Shown: positions 1-13,880 of the stretch, one piece after another
Position numbering within the stretch: the first letter of the stretch is position 1
Layout: the number at the start of each line of letters is the position of its first letter
Source: Octopus bimaculoides
Taxonomy: Eukaryota
Assembly: GCF_001194135.2 (NCBI RefSeq)
Contig: NC_068982.1
Span: 141,923,126-141,987,125, forward strand
Direction: 5' to 3'
Length of the DNA stretch: 64,000 bases
Notes under the pieces: generated by a model
What the model saw: the letters and a program-made list of their open reading frames with translations, nothing else
The model's database searches: none
Told to the model about the DNA's origin: nothing
Position numbers and translations under genes: made by a program

Positions 1-3000
1 GCCATTATATTGAAAGTGATTGCAACATCTGTGGACCAAAGACTCTAGCATATGAGTGAGCTAACTGATACCATCAGTCAAGTGTTTATTTTTTACTTAC
101 GTTCAAGAATGTCAGCGTGTTTAGTAACACTGCTCCAAGCCTTAGAGCAGTATTCCCGTCTGTGTCTCAGAGAAATATTTCGAAGACTAGGGTAGCCAGT
201 AGCAGCCAGAAATGTTCCTAAAGAATCGTTCCTAATCGAAAGAACCTCTACGTTGGCTCCATTGTCTCTTACAATATCACAATCTTGCTTTATTCCGCTT
301 CACGTCTGGTCAAAGATATCGTCTGCTCTTTCGCCGTTTGTCTTAGGCATACGATAATCTCGTAAAACCGTTTAATCTACTGTTAACATTCGCTACATGA
401 AGTACTGTGCTCACCGTGCTAATGATTTTCAGACTCGCACTAACGATACGCTAGGGCTTCGACGTCTCCAGCAATTCCTCGATGCTAGACATATATAGTC
501 AGACGCCTTTTCCTCTTACTCGCTAACAGAGCTGTAGTGCTGAGAATAGCTTAAACAGAAATATCATCTATTACCCACAACTATCCACCCGTTGAGAATT
601 GCAGTCCGAGGAAATTCCATGTTCGGATTCCAGAGATTAGTGGCAGTACAATAGATGGCGGTTCTCGTAAAACAAAACGCTATGCGTCGATCAAAATTAC
701 TCACTTGTCTTTTTTAGGGGAAATTTCGGCTCGGCAGTACGACAGGAAAGCATTGTTGGTTTGAGAAAAAAACTCTACAGACTCTGGAAGTCCGTTCATC
801 GAACTTGTCCGATATGCGCACAGAGTGACGAAAGCGATCAGTAAGCTCCAATCTACTGATTTGTAAAGTAATGTTGAACAGTTACCCTCACGAGTAGGAC
901 GGTTCCGATTATCAGCTGTGTCCGTTAAAAAGATCTTTCTTTGAACAGATTTTATCTATATCGCTGGAATCACGGTTGTGTGGTGCAAAAAAAATTCAAA
1001 GGGCTGAAGGCCAATACTTCTTCAGACCAATCGTCATCAGCTCTTTCAAGTTTCACTTTCAAAGAAGATGATCGTACAGCGGGGGGAAGGGGAGCAAGAT
1101 CGAGTATTGAGGATGCGAGAATAATTTGGCCCTGAATCACAACAGCTGATTCAATAAATTTGCTTCCTTCGAACCTCGTGATTTCGGGGTCCGTATCACT
1201 GCGCAGTACCATGGGCAAGCACCTTCTACTATAGCGAGGGGCCTACATTCTCTTGTCATTGAATTTAGTATAGGGTAACTGTGTGGGAGCCTATTCAATA
1301 TATAAGCGGATGTGGTTTCGTGCTTCAGTATTTCTCTTGATCATTTATGTTTGTTTACATTTCCGTCACCTTGTGGTTCCGAAAACGAGGCGAACGCGTC
1401 CATATATTATATATTAGGCTCAAAACGTATCAAATGGGGCATGTTTATTCGACTAAAGCCCTGGCATGTCGAGAGTCCATCGACTGAAACGAACAAAAAA
1501 TAAAGATATACACATACACGAGCGCACACTCGCACGTGTGTGTCCCGTACGATTGTTGCGGAACATTTCCTATATTTCATGGTATACATCAAGGTTTGCT
1601 GCTGGATAAGAATTTCTTTTTCATTTGAGCTTTAGATTGAATTTAATATAGAATTTGCTTTCATCCTTCTGTGTATTTTACTAGATATAACACCGGGGTT
1701 AACTTCCCTTTTCATGTGTCGGAGATCGATATAATACATAAGTGCATGATGTGTACCAGCTTTGATTCAATCGATTATATTTATCTTTTACAAATGTTTG
1801 GCTTTGTGCCAATATAAGTAATAATTTTTCACTAACGAACGTAGATGGGTTTGTTGGTCGTAAAAGCAAAGCGCCATTTTCTAGACCATAACGATAGTAA
1901 GTAAATCTATTTTAAAGCCTTGGTATCAAAGTTTTTAGTATATGTAGTATAACTAACATGTCTGACGGTATTCACTTATGTCTGTTATGTTCTCACACTT
2001 TTACGATTATACTTGATGTTGCATTTATCCAATTCTGACGAAATATATATCAGCCAGATGCTAAGGTTCATATACACATCTGCACAAATATCAATCGTGT
2101 GTCGATATAATTGATCTCATTTAATAAAGAACACTAATTATTCAAGTGATGGATTTGTAGTTTTCTGTCCACTACATCGAATGTTTTAAAGATAATTCAT
2201 GTCCCTAACTTTGATTCTGTAAACTCTGTTCTCATAAATCAAAAGTATAATAACTGCATCCTGTTGTACGAGAGACATGGAATTTTACGATAAAATGTTT
2301 AAAGCTTTCAATATTTTTTCTTTACATCGCCCATTTTTTGTTCAAACAATTCGTTTGCAAAAAGGAATACACTAGTTCATATGTTGTTATATACAAACGT
2401 TCATTCAGATTTGCTTCTAAATTTAAACCGAGTCTGTTTGAGATTTAGGTGATGTTTCTTTGAAAGTATGTTTTATTCGAAGAAATATTAACTTACTGTT
2501 CAGAAAATTAAATGAATGCATTATTAATAGTTTCAACGATAATTATTTTTATTTTCCTATCCCTTTATATTAAAGATCTTATTTCGTTAATATTTTCCAT
2601 AATTGAAATATTTTTGTTTTACAATTTGGTCTTCGGATCTTAGTGAACGTTTATAGAAATGGAAAATATTAAATAATATTTAATCGATAGAAATAAATTA
2701 TAAAATTTTCTGTCAGCATATTATTTTTTTGTTCGTTATAAACCTGCAATCAGATTCAAGATATTTCTTTAATAGTTGATAATAATTTTATGCATTTTTT
2801 TTTTACCGTTTAACATTTTTCTCCAATTTTTATCTCCGTCTTCAATGATCCGGGAAATATTTCATTTGGTTGGTTTTGACATAATTTACTATCATTCAAG
2901 TAATTATGGAGCAGTTTGATTACTTTTTTATTTTTACATTATTTGGTAGGAGGGGGTATTTTAAATCTCTTTTCACTTTCTTTATTCCTCCATGGGTTCC

Positions 3001-4599
3001 AGCTAATTTATTTCCTTTGCTTTCCATTATCGTCAGCAATTAAAAACTCATTTAATGCAAACAGAGACCAGTATTACAATTTCTCATTTCTTCTAAATCC
3101 AACATCATAATATTCAATTCAGTTTTACATCCTTCAGCCAATGATGTCATTCGTTATTCTAAAATAATAAAAAAAGAAGGTAATAAAACCGAATGCAAAG
3201 CTACGCGGAGTGAAGCGATGCAATAAAAAATTAAGAATTAGCCATTTACTGCTCACAGAATATCAGACAGCAGGGATGAAATAAAAAAACAATTTTGACT
3301 ATGCAAAAATATTTACTACTCTGCATCTCCTCACACACACACACACACACACACAGACACACACACACACACACACACATACACACACACACCTACATAT
3401 ATATACACTCAAGGGTATTTTATGAATTGATTTAGTCATAGCCATATTAATAACCTGATGTACTGCCAAACACTTAGGTTTCAGAGTAGTGCTTCTTAGA
3501 GTAAACACCGTTAGCTAATGAACTGGTTTACCTAACTTTTGTCCTTTCATCAGTCATTAAGTGATATTTGAAAATATATATTTGTGTGAGTTCTTAAGTT
3601 TTTGTTGTCGTTCTGCTTCGAATACTGTCACTTTAGACAATACAAGCGTTGTAGAGTAGACACATGATCTACAGCTTTCTACTCATGGACATTTCGTGTA
3701 CTTGTAATTACAAAGATTGAAATGCCAAATGTATCCTTCACCTATTAAAATGACGGGGTGTAATTTTAGAGAGGTTTGGCTGCTAGTTATTAAGCTCTTG
3801 TGGTTTTGCAACAACCTTATTTTTTGCAGTAACTATTTTTTTCAAGGTCTGCCCTCGAAACATTGTTAAATGATAAAAAAAAGAACAAAAACGATTGATA
3901 GACCTGCTATTAAATACAATACGAAATTACACATTATATAAAGACTAGGAGCAATGAACACACACTCACACAGACATACACACATACACATACACACACA
4001 CTTCATGAAAACCAAAAGTCAAATTTGCTACTATCGTGCGGCAATAAATATATATCAATTTTGATAGATTACGGAGATACGATAGAAAACAAAAGTTTAA
4101 TTAATTAAATAATTTCAAATGACATTTCAATGAATGCAGCTGGCTGTGGATTTCATATATGAAATTGTTCAGAACACCAGACATGTTTTTCTATGTGAAA
4201 TTGCGACAAAAGGCCGGATTCCTCGGAGAGTAAGATAAAATATATTGCATATGCTCCAGACTTTCACATTCTGGTAATTCTACCTTTTGTGTCAAACTTG
4301 ATTTTAGTTAGTGGAAAAAAATTGCGAATTGCAAACGTTACAGAGAGAGGACAATGGGAAACAATGCTTGCATTTCACCGCAACAATTTTATGAGAATGG
4401 CAATGATACCCACTAGTGTTTCTCATCGATCTGCGCGCACAGAGAAAACTTTTATAAGCTGTGTATATGTGTGTGGGGGGGTGGGGGTGGATGGATGGAT
4501 GGATGGATGGATGGATGGATGGATGGATGGATGGATGGATGGGTGTATCCTTTATATGTAACAGAAGGAGTATTAGATTAGAGTAATCACGTGTTTCAT

Positions 4600-5290
4600 A
4601 CTTATTTATCTTGTTTGAAATAACTTATTTATCTAATTTCTAACGTCAGCTCCATCGAAATAGTCACCCTACGCAACAATACGCCCGTCTCAGCGCTCTG
4701 GTCTTGAAGTCGTTTTCGGTATCCAAGTCGAGTGCATTTTGAGATTCGCTCCGGATCTCGACAACGGTGTTAAAACGGCGATCCTTGAGCTGCATTTTCA
4801 TTATGGGGAAGTGCTACATTTGGCGAATAGGGCGGGTGGGAAACTGATAACACGTTAATTTTGGCGAGAAACTCCCGAGTGAACAGAGCTTGCTGACAGG
4901 GTGTATTGTCGTTGTCAAGAATTCTTCCCGCTCCACAGATCCGGTCTCTTTTGCCGAATGTCCTCTCTCAAACGCTTCAAAGCCTGGTACCAGAACTCTC
5001 GATTGATCCTCTGACCCCGAGGGAAAGATTCTCGATGCACAATACCAAGTTTCACAGGGTGACGCTCTTGGAAGGTCTTCCAAATCGATCATCATCTTCC
5101 AGGGATGTTCTTCCGCTTTTGAAATGCTTGTGACTCAAAAAACATTGCGTACGACCAATTGCCTCTTCGTTGAAAGCTTCCGACATTCTATTCAACGTCT
5201 CTCTAGCAGAAATCTCAGGTTTAACGCAAAATTTCACGTTGGATCTTTGTTCCTGCCCTTGACAAAATCGCAGACAACAGCATATACATG
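4600..5290 (-). mobile_element. Internally deleted mariner transposase remnant
   Basis: The minus strand encodes the mariner N-terminus (KFCVKPEISARETLNRMSEAFNEEAIGRTQCFLSHKHFKSGRTSLEDDDRFGRPS, ORF 5052-5237). It is fused at ~5050 to catalytic-domain sequence (GIVHRESFPRGQRINREFWYQALKRLREDIRQKRPDLW...LSVSHPPYSPNVA) and is frameshifted. Confidence 0.9.
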
Positions 5291-5394
5291 ATCACAAAAG
5301 CACAAATTTTACAACTTGCGAAGAAAATACAGCGATTTCACTTGGCACACTGCCTCATGTACGTCCCTGCTAGCTCTCACTGCGTACGTGATTG

Positions 5395-5885
5395 GTGGGG
5401 CATCGTTTCCCATTCAGACTGCTCCAGTCTTTGGAATGTCGTCCTCGCTGTATGTGGTCGAGTATTATCCTGAAGGAGGATCAACTTTTGTTTTGAAATC
5501 AAAGACAGTCGTTTTTTTCTTCTAGCGCTGACATAAGCCGCTGAAGCGACTCGCAGTAGATCTCTTTTGCTATCTTTTGGCTTGGGTTTAAATGTTCAAA
5601 GTGGACTAAACATTTCATATCGAACGAAAACGATAACATCACCTTATATGGGTGAAGACCTTATTTAGCCTGTGGTGCCGGTGTTTCTCCTTTCCTTACC
5701 CACTCTCTTTGGCGCCTGATATTTTTATAGAGAACCCGTTTCTCATCACCAGTTTCTATTCGGTTCATAAAAAGGTCCATTCAAGAGATATGAATAAGAA
5801 TAAGTACAAGGTAAATTATAATCTGATCCCCACCTCCGCCTTCTAGTTCACGCAATTGAAAAGACCGCATCATTTATGGGATGAC

Positions 5886-5890
<5 letters not shown>
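5395..5890 (-). mobile_element. Second mariner remnant with probable terminal inverted repeat
   Basis: Minus strand reads GLHPYKVMLSFSFDMKCLVHFEHLNPSQKIAKEIYCESLQRLMSALE...KLILLQDNTRPHTAR, the mariner catalytic region. A TIR-like end TTGGGTCATCCCATAAAT abuts the (TA)n tract at ~5890. Confidence 0.8.
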
Positions 5891-5921
<31 letters not shown>

Positions 5922-6878
5922 NNNNNNNNNNNNNNNNNNNNNNNNNNNNNNNNNNNNNNNNNNNNNNNNNNNNNNNNNNNNNNNNNNNNNNNNNNNNNNN
6001 NNNNNNNNNNNNNNNNNNNNNNNNNNNNNNNNNNNNNNNNNNNNNNNNNNNNNNNNNNNNNNNNNNNNNNNNNNNNNNNNNNNNNNNNNNNNNNNNNNNN
6101 NNNNNNNNNNNNNNNNNNNNNNNNNNNNNNNNNNNNNNNNNNNNNNNNNNNNNNNNNNNNNNNNNNNNNNNNNNNNNNNNNNNNNNNNNNNNNNNNNNNN
6201 NNNNNNNNNNNNNNNNNNNNNNNNNNNNNNNNNNNNNNNNNNNNNNNNNNNNNNNNNNNNNNNNNNNNNNNNNNNNNNNNNNNNNNNNNNNNNNNNNNNN
6301 NNNNNNNNNNNNNNNNNNNNNNNNNNNNNNNNNNNNNNNNNNNNNNNNNNNNNNNNNNNNNNNNNNNNNNNNNNNNNNNNNNNNNNNNNNNNNNNNNNNN
6401 NNNNNNNNNNNNNNNNNNNNNNNNNNNNNNNNNNNNNNNNNNNNNNNNNNNNNNNNNNNNNNNNNNNNNNNNNNNNNNNNNNNNNNNNNNNNNNNNNNNN
6501 NNNNNNNNNNNNNNNNNNNNNNNNNNNNNNNNNNNNNNNNNNNNNNNNNNNNNNNNNNNNNNNNNNNNNNNNNNNNNNNNNNNNNNNNNNNNNNNNNNNN
6601 NNNNNNNNNNNNNNNNNNNNNNNNNNNNNNNNNNNNNNNNNNNNNNNNNNNNNNNNNNNNNNNNNNNNNNNNNNNNNNNNNNNNNNNNNNNNNNNNNNNN
6701 NNNNNNNNNNNNNNNNNNNNNNNNNNNNNNNNNNNNNNNNNNNNNNNNNNNNNNNNNNNNNNNNNNNNNNNNNNNNNNNNNNNNNNNNNNNNNNNNNNNN
6801 NNNNNNNNNNNNNNNNNNNNNNNNNNNNNNNNNNNNNNNNNNNNNNNNNNNNNNNNNNNNNNNNNNNNNNNNNNNNNN
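5922..6878. other. Assembly gap (others at ~26122, 27767, 33953, 37099, 43423, 44824, 58348, 61841)
   Basis: N runs, mostly adjacent to (TA)n, (CA)n or (CT)n tracts. Confidence 1.
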
Positions 6879-8671
6879 ATATGCACACTAAATATTATTT
6901 CATGTGTAGGAATTGAAATTGTTTTCATTTATGCAATGCAATATATTACGTGATTAGTTTATTTCACTTTTCTCCAGTGTTCAAATTGAATGATTACTGT
7001 CTCTCGACTCTATCTGATATTTAATACATAACCACCCCCACCAAGACCAAGAACTCACTGATTCCTGAACCCTTTCATTAAATATTTACAAGCACGACAA
7101 AACATTCTGAATTAATCATGATAATTCCAGGATCATATTTATTCGAAATATCATTTTTGTTTTAAGAATGCAAAGCATGAATATTATTTTTGCATATTGA
7201 CCATCTATATGTTACAATTTTATGAGGATGCTTGTTAAGTCATTACCCAGCAATTTCTTTCTATTTCTCTCTCATTTGTCTTATTTCTCAAACATTTACT
7301 CATTGGATTAGGCGATTAGCACGTACTGGAATTCAGAAGTGTTCGATATGTTGTTTTCTCAAACTCCTGATTCATATTGAATGTAGATTCAATAGGCGTA
7401 GCATAACACATTCCTGATGCATGGATCTCTTGCGCTGTAATACAATTCAGCCTTTATAATGTTCTCTGTTTAACTTTTTGAATTCAGTTTCAAGTCATTC
7501 TCAGCATTTTATATGGCGATTACACATCAGTTATCCCCACCACTTAAGTTATGAATTAAATATCAGCTGTTTACTGCCTAATAGCTTCCATTACACATAA
7601 ATTAACCGCTAATTGGAGCTAGTGCATAAAAATGGGTTAACATTAATAATCCTGTAATTTGCACAAACACGAATACGAAAATTCACTTTCATATTTTCCT
7701 CGTCTATATTCATCAGGGCAGTTGATCATGTATTTTTTATTAAAGCATTCCAATTTGCTTTCCAATTTCTAGGATCATTCATATACAAACAGTATCAGGA
7801 ATACGGCATGATTATATTCAGTAATGAGTGTAGTTATTAAGTTATGATGTACGGCATTAGAATTTGCTATGCTCTTTCTTTCTGCAGCACTCTATTTAAC
7901 ATTATATTAATTATGTATATAGAAAATTCATTACCGAAACAATAATCATTGCGCTATTCTCCAAGGCATTATAATTCTCAGTTATTATTAAGCGATGGGT
8001 GAAACAGCTGGGAGAGGCAGGGAAACGTTGCTGGGTCACGTCTGGGTGTATTTATTTTAAAAGAGAGTTCAGTAAAACGTTCTACATAATAAACTGTCTC
8101 TATCGCGCATATCTGCTTAAGAAATTGTGCAGACGTCTTTAAGCGATTGTCGATGTATCGAAATAATGTAATTAATAGACAATAATGAGCTAAATTACAT
8201 TTCAAAATATCTTCTTTTAAGACATACTAGAGTATTCACACAACAACGTATTGATATTTACACTATCTTTGAAAATTACCATTAAAATTTGACACACATT
8301 AGTGCCTACATTTTCGCTAAAACACTGTTTTGCAAAGCAGTAAAGTGATAGTTAAAGTAAATAGTTAACAATACATAGACAATTTTCAATTTTTTTAAAT
8401 ATATGGGTATGTTATTAGAGAAATTTGAGATATATTTTTCAGTATGTCGAGCGAATGCATACATGGTAGACGCTAAATGTGGGTACCAAGCAAAGCAATA
8501 GTTCGTTCTCCTCCAAGTTGATAAGTTTTATACAGTACTCGTTTTCCCATGAAACTGGGTATTTGGTGCCTTTAACAGAGTTCATTCTGTTGGAGGCATT
8601 CTTCTCTGTCTGCAATCAGATGGAATAACAACAGTCTTTCTTCTTCACACCAGGCTACGAAGATTTTTCAA

Positions 8672-9626
8672 ACTTAAATGGATCTATTCCATCTCAATCA
8701 CAGCTTGTTTAATTAATTTTTTAAACTAAACAGTTTGGAACTTCGAATACTGATAGAATCTCTCACGTAGAACACGGTTTACTCTGAACGTTTTTGACCA
8801 AATTTCGTATTTTAGAATTTATTTCGTGTTAAAGTTGTTGTATTTGGGTAATTTCAACCAATCAACGACGTGCATTCGGTTGAAGAAAGCTACTGCTGTT
8901 TGCGATAATAAGCGAAAGAGAAACAACTTCCGGATTATCTCTAATAAATGCCACCACGAATCTGCAGTTAGCATTTTTCATGTTGACGTACATGTAGTTT
9001 CAAGATATCTTATTTTACAACTATGAGATGTTTTGTTATTGTCATAATTTTATCTTACTCTAATCGACTACAAGCACATTTCGTCAATATATTGTATATA
9101 AAAAAAAATGACATTATCAAAATATGAAGGTAAAACAAAACAAATAGCAGCTTATACACTGGAAAATACGGTAATAGTAGTGCCAGTGAAAAGTTCGCTC
9201 GCTGGTTGCTAGTTGATAGTGTAGAAGGGAGGGAAAGAGTGAGGAATGCACGGCGATGACTAGAAAGGAAAGATGAAGGTGACATCGTCTTCGCACAACA
9301 TACGAATGGAACAGAGTGGTGACATTTAGTTGAGATGACCCTGAAGTTTATTTTCTACGATTACTATCGCAAACAGCAGTAGCTTTCTTCAACCGAATAC
9401 ACGTCGTTCATTAGTTGAAATTACCCAAATACGACAACTTTAACACGAAATAACTTCTATAATACAAAATTTGGTCAAAAATATTCTGAGTGAACCGTGT
9501 TCTACGTGAGAAATTCTACCAGTATTCGAATTTTCAAACTGTTTAGTTAAAAAAGATTAATTTAATAATGTCTGATTGAGATGGAATAGATCACATAATT
9601 TGAGATGGAATAGATCCACTTAAATT
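8672..9626. mobile_element. Foldback/MITE-like element with ~285-310 bp inverted arms
   Basis: 8672-8955 is the diverged reverse complement of 9315-9626 (for example GAAGAAAGCTACTGCTGTTTGCGATA versus TATCGCAAACAGCAGTAGCTTTCTTC). The ~360 bp spacer is non-coding. Confidence 0.85.
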
Positions 9627-9824
9627 ATGTGATTTTTGTTGTTTTGCCTACAATTTAAACAAAAGTGTCTGGGATCAAATTATTGTTGCTTCGATTCAGA
9701 CATTATCCTCATATCAACCTATGTTTGATTCTCTCCCATCAAGGTGGAACATTTTGTTTTTGCTGTCGTCAGCCGTAATAATGTTTCTTATCAATTTCTT
9801 GTTTCAATATCAGTGTTGATATAA

Positions 9825-10230
9825 GGCGGCGAACTGGCAGAAACGTTAGCACGCCGGACGAAACGGAATTTCGGCTGTCTTTATGTTCTGAATTCAAATT
9901 CCGCCGAGGTCAACTTTGCCTTTCATCCTTTCGGGCTTGATAAATTAAGTACCAGTTGCGTACTGGAGTTGATCTAATCGACTGCCTCCCTCCGCAAAAA
10001 TTTCAGGCCTTCTGGCTAGAGTAGAAAAAGATCGTTAAGACTCCGGACAAAATATTTAGCGCCATTTTGCCTGTCTTTACATTCTGAGTTCAAATTTGGT
10101 CGAAGTCAACTTTGCCTTTTACCCTTTGGGGTCGATAAAATAAGTACCACTTGAGGACCGGAGTTAATGTAGCCGACTTACACTTCCCCGATGTTACTGG
10201 CCTTATGCCAAAATTTGAAACCAATATTAG
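9825..10230 (+). mobile_element. Two tandem family A SINE copies
   Basis: Head GGCGGCGAACTGGCAGAAACGTTAGC, B-box-like GAATTCAAATTCC and central GCCTTTCATCCTTTCGGG..GATAAATTAAGTACCAG. The second copy starts directly after the first copy's tail. Confidence 0.9.
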
Positions 10231-11109
10231 TATACTATTAAACTTTGGTTGCCAGAATACATATAATATGGTTTGAAAGGATGGAATGTGTGCCTTAATG
10301 TTCACAAAATGAATTCTGCGAAGTAGGGACATTTATCGATTTCTTAAATTGTTTTTACAATTTGTGCACCTCTGTAACTACTTCAACACAGCCACGGATT
10401 ATTTTCAATACACTCATTATTATATATGATGATTTATTTCATGGACAATAACTTTGATATAAGCAGGCGTATGTCACTTTTGAGGTCGGTGATACCGTGA
10501 TCTTATATCGATTGTATTTCTGGCAAAATATGTTGATAATTACCAGGCTATGGCCTTCAAACGTTTGATGAAGCATGAATCTATTTAGATTTCCCCGTAT
10601 ACATCCTTTGTGACTAATATATTTGCCCATAAAATATGATCCCTGAGAGTTCATGATTCATTGTGAACATTTGCAATACACAAGTTGCTGGTAATGAGGT
10701 TTCACAATCTCCGCATTACACTAGCCGCGCGTAAGCTCATGCAATATAGGCACAAGAAAGTTTATTTATGCTTCTTTTATAGAATAAATGCTAAATAAAC
10801 TGAAATAAAGTAAAGCATTTTATTGTCACAAATTATGAGATAAAACACTCACATAATACGTGTTTTATACATATACATATATGTATACCCCAAATGGAGA
10901 ATGAGCACAGAAAAAAGCATGAAATGTGTGTCCGTGCGAGCGTATGTGTGTGTGTGCGTGCGTGCGACCTTATATGTGTGTGCGTGCGACCGTGTGTGTG
11001 TGTGTGTGTGTGTGCGTGTGTGTGTTCGTGCGTGCGTGCGTGCGTGTGATTATGTCAGTAACGTAGTTTCCTGATTACCTTGATCGGCACTTAGATCGAA
11101 CGATCACTA

Positions 11110-11545
11110 CGCTTAAGGTGGTGAGCGGACAGAATCGCCAGCAAGCCGGGCAAACTGCTCAGCACTATTTCGTCTGTCTTTATACTCTGATTTCAAATCC
11201 CGCCGAGAACGACATTGTCTTTCATTCTTTCGGGGTCAATAAAATAAGTACCAGTTTGACACCGGAGTCGATGTAATTGATTTACCTTCTCCTTCTAAAC
11301 TGCTGACCTTGAGCTAAAATTGAAACCAATTTATATAAAACTTAAGGCTATGAGGTGGCAGAACCGTCAGCATGTCAGAAAAAGTAGCGCATTTCGTCTG
11401 GCTTTTCGTTCTGAGTTCAAGTTCCGACTTTGCCAATCATCCTATCGAGATTGATAAAGTAAGTACCAGTTGAGAATTGGGGTCGAGGCAATCCATTTAG
11501 CTCTCCCCCGAGTTTGCTGGCTTTCCGCCTAATTTTAAAGCCAAT
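11110..11545 (+). mobile_element. Two tandem diverged family A SINE copies
   Basis: Same head, central domain and AAATTGAAACCAAT-type tail as the other copies. Confidence 0.8.
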
Positions 11546-12169
11546 AACACCATTCAGTATCTTGAATTACAGTCTTCAAGAAGTAATACTACAAGATACT
11601 CCGGTATATATTGTGTAGTCTAATGTGTAAACCATGAACTTGGCGTGCGCCAGAAGAAAATGGAAATGTATAACATATAATACAAATCATGAACGAACAA
11701 TATCTAAGGAACTCACAAGAAAGGGACAGAAAAGAGCAGAAAGGGAAAAAGAGATGAGCAAATATTACTATATATATTCAACAATGGCGATGATTTAAAT
11801 GTAGGTGGCAATCAAGACAAATTTTTTTGAAAATCATGTAAGATGAAATTGGTCGATAAAAACGATTCGAAACGTTCAAATTTATAGTATGCACGTTGAG
11901 GGAAAACCATATAAAATAGATGAATAAAAGCAACGTATTTGGCTTGCTACTTAACTGGAATTGGAGCAGTTCAGCACAGGATGTGAATGATATTCGAAGC
12001 CATCTTTAATATGGCAAATTCACGAAATGGTTATATCAGAGCATGTTATAAAAATGTTCGTTAAAATATTTCAATAGAAAACTAAACACGTTTATCTGGT
12101 ATCGCTGTCGTAGAAACTATTAAAGAAAAACATGGACTGAATTTAGAGAAATAAACTGTATATATCTTC

Positions 12170-12305
<136 letters not shown>

Positions 12306-12769
12306 TTTTTGAAGAAAATATGTTTGAAAAAGGAAGAAATAAATCTAAGCTCTTAATCGAGAGAAAAACATGACAAGTTCGTTGAATAATATACTTACAT
12401 TACAAATAATGCACTGAAGAAAACTATATATTTTTAAAATCTGAAAGGAAATCTATTTTGCTTATGGCAGATGCATTTTGTACTGCAAATGTAATAGCAC
12501 TGCAATAATTATAAATACGCTGTGAGAGTAATGTAATAGTAAATTATAACAAGGTAACTAACGGAAATGAAAAATATCGAATGCTATTGCGAGGTTATAG
12601 TTGGCACTCAACAGAATTGGGTCAAGGCAATTATCGCATCCTATAAGAGCGAGAACACGAGAGTTAGTATGGATATTTTCATGCACATCTCACAATAAAT
12701 TTATCAAAATGTATTTGTTATTTTATGCAAGAGAAGTAGAAACATATTTTTTTGTGTTTTGCTGCAATA

Positions 12770-13225
12770 TACCGGTTTCACATTTTGGCAGAAGCCCAGC
12801 AATTTTGGGGATGGGGACTAAGTCGATTTCACCTACCACAGTTCTCATCTGGTAATTATGTAATCGACCATCGAAAGGATGAAAGGCAAAATCAACCTCG
12901 GCGGGATTTGAACTCACAACGTAAACTGATGAAATACCACAAAGCATTTCGCCTGGCGTGCTAACGTTTCTGCCAGCTCGCCGCCTGAAATATATTAAAA
13001 CTTAAAGACGGCTAGCTGGCAGAAACATTTGCACGCTGGACGAAATGCTTAGCTATATTTTGTCTGTCTTTACGTTCTGAGTTCAAATTCCGCCGAGGTC
13101 CACCTTGTCTTTAATCCTTTCCGGGTCGATAAATTAAGTTCCACTTGGGTACTGAGGTCGATCTAATGGACTGGCCCATTCCTCGAAAAAATTCGGACTT
13201 TGTGCCTAGAGTAGAAAAAAGTATA
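12770..13225. mobile_element. Head-to-head family A SINE pair (minus 12770-12985, plus 13007-13225)
   Basis: Two copies in opposite orientation with 5' ends about 21 bp apart. Confidence 0.9.
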
Positions 13226-13517
13226 TTAAAACGTAATCAAAACTAACGAATGATGTTTTACTGGCCACTATATTTTCGTACCAGCCGCCGTGTGCTCGGT
13301 TCCCGCACCGCTGGTTCTTTCCGTAAAATCGGCAAAACGGTACATGTAAAGAATTTATATAGAATTCTTTAGATTTACAAAAATGCAGTATTAACCCACA
13401 CCTACATTACAACCACTAAGCTCTAAGCTCTGGCCATATGAAACAACACACTTAGATGAAGGTGATTCCCACGAAATTTGGAAAACTTTTACTTCAGACA
13501 TACATAATACAAGTGAA

Positions 13518-13880
13518 GGAGCAATGACCCAGTGGTTAGGGCAGCAGACTCGTGGTCGTAGGATCGCGGTTTTGATTTCCAGACCGGGCACTGTGAGTGT
13601 TCATGGAGCGAAAACACCTCAAGCTCCACGAGGCTCCGGCAGAGGGTGGTGGCGAACCCTGTTGCACTCGTTCTCTCAATCTCTCTTCCTCTTTTTGTTG
13701 TACCTGTATTTCAAAGGGCCACCCTTGTCACAAACTGTGTCACGATGGATCTCCCAGAGAACTACGTTAAGGCTAGACATGTCTTTGGAGTGCTCAGCTC
13801 CTTGCATGTTAATTTCACGAGCAGATAGTTCCGTTGATCACATCAACTGGAACCTTCGTCGTCGTACCCGACCGAGTGCC
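13518..13880 (+). mobile_element. Family B tRNA-derived SINE
   Basis: A-box-like TGACCCAGTGGTTAGGG and B-box-like GGTTTTGATTTCC. The body GAGCGAAAACACCT.AAGCTCCACGA is shared with the copy at 54975-55232. Confidence 0.8.

Noticed and set aside
5848-6953. Long ORFs spanning N runs (here and at the other gaps)
   Set aside because: They are artefacts of translating assembly gaps.
7675-7722. Minus-strand CTGATGA-ATAT...ATAT-GAAA
   Set aside because: Only a 4 bp AU stem II; stems I and III are absent.
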